Below are positions 60,360-64,000 of a stretch of DNA of 64,000 bases, in pieces (the first letter of the stretch is position 1; each line of letters begins with the position of its first letter). The stretch lies in assembly GCA_963833985.1 (NCBI GenBank), contig CAWIAD010000001.1, positions 192,001 to 256,000 on the forward strand, given 5' to 3'. The translations under genes and the position numbers were made by a program. The stretch comes from an uncultured Planctomycetaceae bacterium. GTDB taxonomy: Bacteria; Planctomycetota; Planctomycetia; Isosphaerales; Isosphaeraceae. The notes under the pieces are model-generated. The model did no database searches, was not told the DNA's origin, and saw nothing but the letters and a program-made list of their open reading frames with translations.

Positions 60360-61917
60360 ATGCGTATTGGCATCCGGCTGGGTGGCTCACTGACATGGGC
60401 GCTCATTGCCGTCCTGGGAATGGCCGCCGGGGCTCAGGCCGCGGACCGCGTCATCATCCCTCTGGGTGGTGTGCTGGAAGATCAGTCCGGTGACCATCAT
60501 TTCGGTGTGTACGTCCCGACGCGGTTCGGCGGCGAGCTCACCGTGACGGCGACCGAGGGGCAGGTCGTCGAGCTCAAGGGGCCAAACGGACAGCAGCGGA
60601 CGAACGGTCAGGACGTTGGACTGGATCAGCACGGCTGGTACACGTTCAAGGTCGTGGGCGGCGCACAAGCCCTACAAGGTGGAAACCCGGTTCGTGCAGG
60701 CGGCACAGAGCCTGAAGAAACCCTGGAATTTCTACTACTGGCCCACCAAGGCGGACTCGATTCACGAGCCCTGGGCCGGCGGCAACGGCCGCGTGGACAT
60801 CGATTACACGATGCTCCGCGGCGACGATGAGTTGATCCGGGCGCCGGGGAGCTATATTCCGCCGGGTGAGGACATTGTCCGGGCCGGCCCCAACGGCTTG
60901 CTCGAATCGCTGCCGCCGGCCGGCGACGACGCCACGTGGTTCCCAAACCTTTACGACGACCTCACGTGGGTGGGCCCCAACAAGGAGAAAGGCGGCGAGG
61001 TCACGATCTTCCAGACGCCTTCCCCGTTGCTGAAGTATGACCAGATCTTCAACTCCCAGGCCCGCTGGTGGGAGTCGGTGAACAGTCAGAATAAGGAGAT
61101 CACCCGCTGGCCCGGCCACTGCCTGGGCGGAGCCGTGGCGTCGATCCTGCTGAACGAGCCGATCCCGGCCCCGGGAAGCGGCATGACGCGCGATGAGCTC
61201 AAGGCCCTCTGGGCCGAGCTCGGAGAGAACCACCTGAACCACCGCATCGGCGACTATGCCAACGAGATTCCCCCGGGCCCTCCCCGTCCCGGTCCCGATG
61301 AATGCGACTGGAAGGCGCCCCGCGTGCACGCCATGTTCGAGAGCCACATCCGCGGCGAGCGGAAGGCGCTGCTGGGCAACATGCGGGCGTTCCCTCCGCG
61401 TGGCACGATCACCGAGGTGTGGAACCAGGGAATCTACAAGTACGTCGCCGAGTACAAGGCCATCCCGCACCGCGGCCCCCGCGCCGTCAACATCAAGCTC
61501 GAGCTGCACACCAACTCGGGATCGATGCTCAACGGTCAGGACGACAAGGACCGCGTGATTTACTACGAGTACAACCTCGTTTACGGTCTCGACGGCAGGG
61601 TGGACGAGACCAACCCGGCCGCGGCGGACTGGGTCTCCGTGGGTGGCGAAGCACTCTTCGCCCCGCTCAACGTCCTGGAGCTCGTGGAGTCGCGCTGGCA
61701 AGGGCATAACCCCTACGTGACCGAAACCAACGTGCGGGCGCTCGACCTCGCCAACGGCGGCGGTGGCGGACGCCTGGCCGCCGTGGCCCCGCGGTTTCGT
61801 CCCGTCAAGGAGTACGAGGGGAATCGCTCCGTCTCCCCCACGATGTTCGCCTCTGGCAACTCGAACGGCGGACCTCGCCGCGGCTTCTTCGGCAGGTTCT
61901 TCGGACTTGGCCGCTAA
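60360..61917 (+). CDS. Secreted protein resembling the transglutaminase-elicitor (GP42-like) family; frameshift near 60660
   Basis: GGAGG RBS; signal peptide ...AGAQA; PWNFYYWP, SPLLKYDQ, WPGHCLGGAVASIL.NEP, ELKAL, EVWNQ, YEYNL in family order. Confidence 0.65.
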
Positions 61918-62319
61918 GCAGGAAACAGGACGTCTCCCAAGCCGCCCCGAGACCGAACGCCTCCCCTACCACATCGCCCGGCTCCGTCATCGGGTTATAC
62001 CGAACCGGAGCCGGGCGGTTTCGTTTCCGCGGCGGTCGCGCCGGTCCTCCCGGTCATCGCGATGGTCGCAGTCGGGCCGGATCTCGGAGTCGTGACACTG
62101 CCAGACCCGCACCGCTGGCGCCCGTCTTTTCGATTTCGTTATCCTCGGCACTGTTGTTCAAGTTTGCCGCGGCCGCTGGACGATCAAGTAAGCCGAGAGG
62201 GCCAGCAGTTCCAGAGCATGCGGCGCCGGCCCTTTCGCGAAGGCCGGACGCGCGGCCCCGCAGGCCCCTGGTCGGGTCGCAACTTGAGCATAGGGCGGTG
62301 GAACGAGCGAGGTGCAGCC

Positions 62320-62865
62320 ATGACATCGAGCGAAGCTCTTCCGACGGTCGTTCTGCCCCTGGAGACCCCCATCCTGGGGGGTCATCGTGGGCTGGTGATG
62401 CACGGGCTGCCGGTCCTGATCCTTGTTCCTCATGTGCGCCCGCAACCGGGCAGAAGGCCAATCGCCCCGCGCCGGACCCGACAGTCGCCAGCGCCCGGTC
62501 GATCGCGCCGGGCACGCCGGCGGCTCCGCCGGCCGGTCCGTATCGCGGCGTATGCACTCGTGGCCTTACTGGCGATGGTGCTGGTGGGCAGAGAGTGCGG
62601 ACCATCGCGGATCCCGCTCCATCCCGGATCGCGGCTGCTCTCGCTGCCGCCCCGCCTGGCGGCGCTCAGCTCGCCTGCCCAGGCGGACGCCAGCGACTGG
62701 CCTGCCGCGGAGGCCCGGCCCGTGCCTGGGTCGCCTTCCCCGGTGATGCTCTGGGTCGAGCCCCTGGGGTCGGCCGTCGATTCTGACACCCCTGCCCCGG
62801 TCGTGTTTCCGGGCTACCTGCTGCCCGACGATCGTCACGAGGAGCCGGTCCATGAGGGAAGTTGA
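62320..62865 (+). CDS. Hypothetical membrane protein (start uncertain)
   Basis: GAGGTG RBS; Arg-rich patch then TM IAAYALVALLAMVLV; tail PVVFPGYLLPDD; overlaps the next start. Confidence 0.6.
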   Translation: MTSSEALPTVVLPLETPILGGHRGLVMHGLPVLILVPHVRPQPGRRPIAPRRTRQSPAPGRSRRARRRLRRPVRIAAYALVALLAMVLVGRECGPSRIPLHPGSRLLSLPPRLAALSSPAQADASDWPAAEARPVPGSPSPVMLWVEPLGSAVDSDTPAPVVFPGYLLPDDRHEEPVHEGS

Positions 62866-63661
62866 TGAAGCCCTGACGCATGCCTACGCCCAGCGCAGCG
62901 CCGCCAGCCCCGCGCAGTCCGTGCCTCCCTCGCCGCACTGGTTGGGCCGCACCGCAGGACCGCACAAGCCGCCGGGAATGATTGCTCAGCCCGCTCTGCC
63001 GGGCCGGACGGCCGAAACGGACCCGGAGGCAGCAAGCGTACTGGCCTGGCCAGGCATTGTCCTGGTTCTCGAGCAGCGCTGGGGCCAGCGCTTCGAGGAG
63101 ATGGCGGAACGGCTGCTGGAAGCGCGCGACCGGCAGCACCTGAAGGCGCTGCTGTTCACGAGTTGCCATCGGTCGGAAGGACGCACCACGCTGGTTCTGA
63201 CTCTCGCCCGCGCCCTGGCCCGCCGTCCTTTCCGCACCGTCATCGTCGATGCCGACCTTACCGGTCCCATGCTCGCGCACGCGCTGGGAGTCAGGACCGA
63301 GGTCGGGCTGGAAGACGTGGTGATGGACGGGCAGGCGCTCGCCGACGCGCTCATCCATGCGGTCGACGACCACCTCTGGCTCTTGCCCATGCGCACGGCC
63401 GCGGCAAGCCCTCGCGAGCTGCTGTCCAGCCCGGGCTGGTCCTGCACGATGGCCAGGCTGCGCCGGGAGTTCGACCTGGTGCTGCTGGACGGCAGCCCGC
63501 TCTTTACCGGTCTGAGCGCCGCGGTCCTGCACCGCTCGGTGGACGCCGCGGTGCTCGTCCACCATCGCGGTATGACCGGCGAGCGCGCCCTGGTGCGCGC
63601 GCGAGAGGTTCTCGATGCCGGTGGGATTCCCCTGCTTGGACTCGCCGAGACCTTTGTGTGA
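62852..63661 (+). CDS. CpsD/CapB (Wzc C-terminal)-like P-loop protein
   Basis: LLFTSCHRSEGRTT; IVDADL..P; FDLVLLDGSP; VDAAVLV. Confidence 0.8.
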   Translation: MREVDEALTHAYAQRSAASPAQSVPPSPHWLGRTAGPHKPPGMIAQPALPGRTAETDPEAASVLAWPGIVLVLEQRWGQRFEEMAERLLEARDRQHLKALLFTSCHRSEGRTTLVLTLARALARRPFRTVIVDADLTGPMLAHALGVRTEVGLEDVVMDGQALADALIHAVDDHLWLLPMRTAAASPRELLSSPGWSCTMARLRREFDLVLLDGSPLFTGLSAAVLHRSVDAAVLVHHRGMTGERALVRAREVLDAGGIPLLGLAETFV

Positions 63662-63701
63662 ACGGCGCGATCGGATGTTCGCGCAAAACCGTGGAGACGG
63701 T

Positions 63702-64000
63702 GTGTACGAGAACCACTTCGGCCTGCGGAGCCGGCCCTTCGACGAGACGACGAGCCCGGCGGCATGCATCGAGCTGCCCAGCCGCGCCGCCGTGCTCCGC
63801 CGGCTGTGCTACGGCCTCGAGCATCGCCGTTCTCCGGCCGTCCTGTTCGGCCCTTCCGGCTCGGGCAAGACGCTGATTGCCGGCGTGCTGGCGTCCCGGC
63901 TGGGCAGCCCCTCGGTTCACGTGACGTACCCCGCACTTCCCGCCGAGGAACTCCTGATCGTGCTGACCACCGAACTGTGCGGGCAGAGCCCGGAGCCGCG
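63702..64000 (+). CDS. ExeA/GspA-family AAA ATPase (3'-partial; absent from the ORF track)
   Basis: GTG start; YENHFGLRSRPF...LRRLCYGL...LFGPSGSGKTL. Confidence 0.85.
   Translation, partial: MYENHFGLRSRPFDETTSPAACIELPSRAAVLRRLCYGLEHRRSPAVLFGPSGSGKTLIAGVLASRLGSPSVHVTYPALPAEELLIVLTTELCGQSPEP

Noticed and set aside
10362..61917. Frameshifts in cusA, the adaptor, two lipoproteins, the methyltransferase, a kinase, a DUF1559 gene and the transglutaminase-like gene read as pseudogenes or recoding
   Set aside because: Each is a single 1-nt indel in an otherwise intact gene, with no shared slippery motif. Sequencing or assembly error is the simplest explanation; raw reads would decide.
1..64000. tRNA, rRNA or riboswitch (including a cobalamin riboswitch near the B12-binding regulators)
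   Set aside because: None recognised by eye; an Rfam/tRNAscan search is needed to exclude them

Overview
GC-rich bacterial DNA with a planctomycete (Isosphaeraceae-like) gene repertoire: three Ser/Thr kinases (two with WD40 repeats), two DUF1559 prepilin-type genes, several 'LE.LE.R.LL' leader exoproteins and an ECF sigma/kinase pair. It also carries xerD, pyrE, recQ, a CusA/CusB-type RND cluster, a methyltransferase-permease-phosphatidylcholine synthase cluster, two MerR/B12-binding regulators, a hybrid kinase-ANTAR pair and one complete ISKra4-like IS with inverted repeats and a 9-bp target duplication. About eight otherwise intact genes have a single 1-nt frameshift, most likely assembly indels. 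Main candidates for novel biology: (1) a secreted transglutaminase-elicitor-like protein encoded divergently from a secreted repeat protein with one Lys and one Gln/Tyr per 10 residues, a possible cross-linked protein matrix; (2) Cys-motif RAPP/RPPR leader ORFs upstream of both DUF1559 genes; (3) a small leader-plus-repeated-core peptide upstream of the ECF-kinase pair; (4) a eukaryote-type phosphoethanolamine methyltransferase clustered with Pcs. All family calls come from motif recognition by eye, with no database search.
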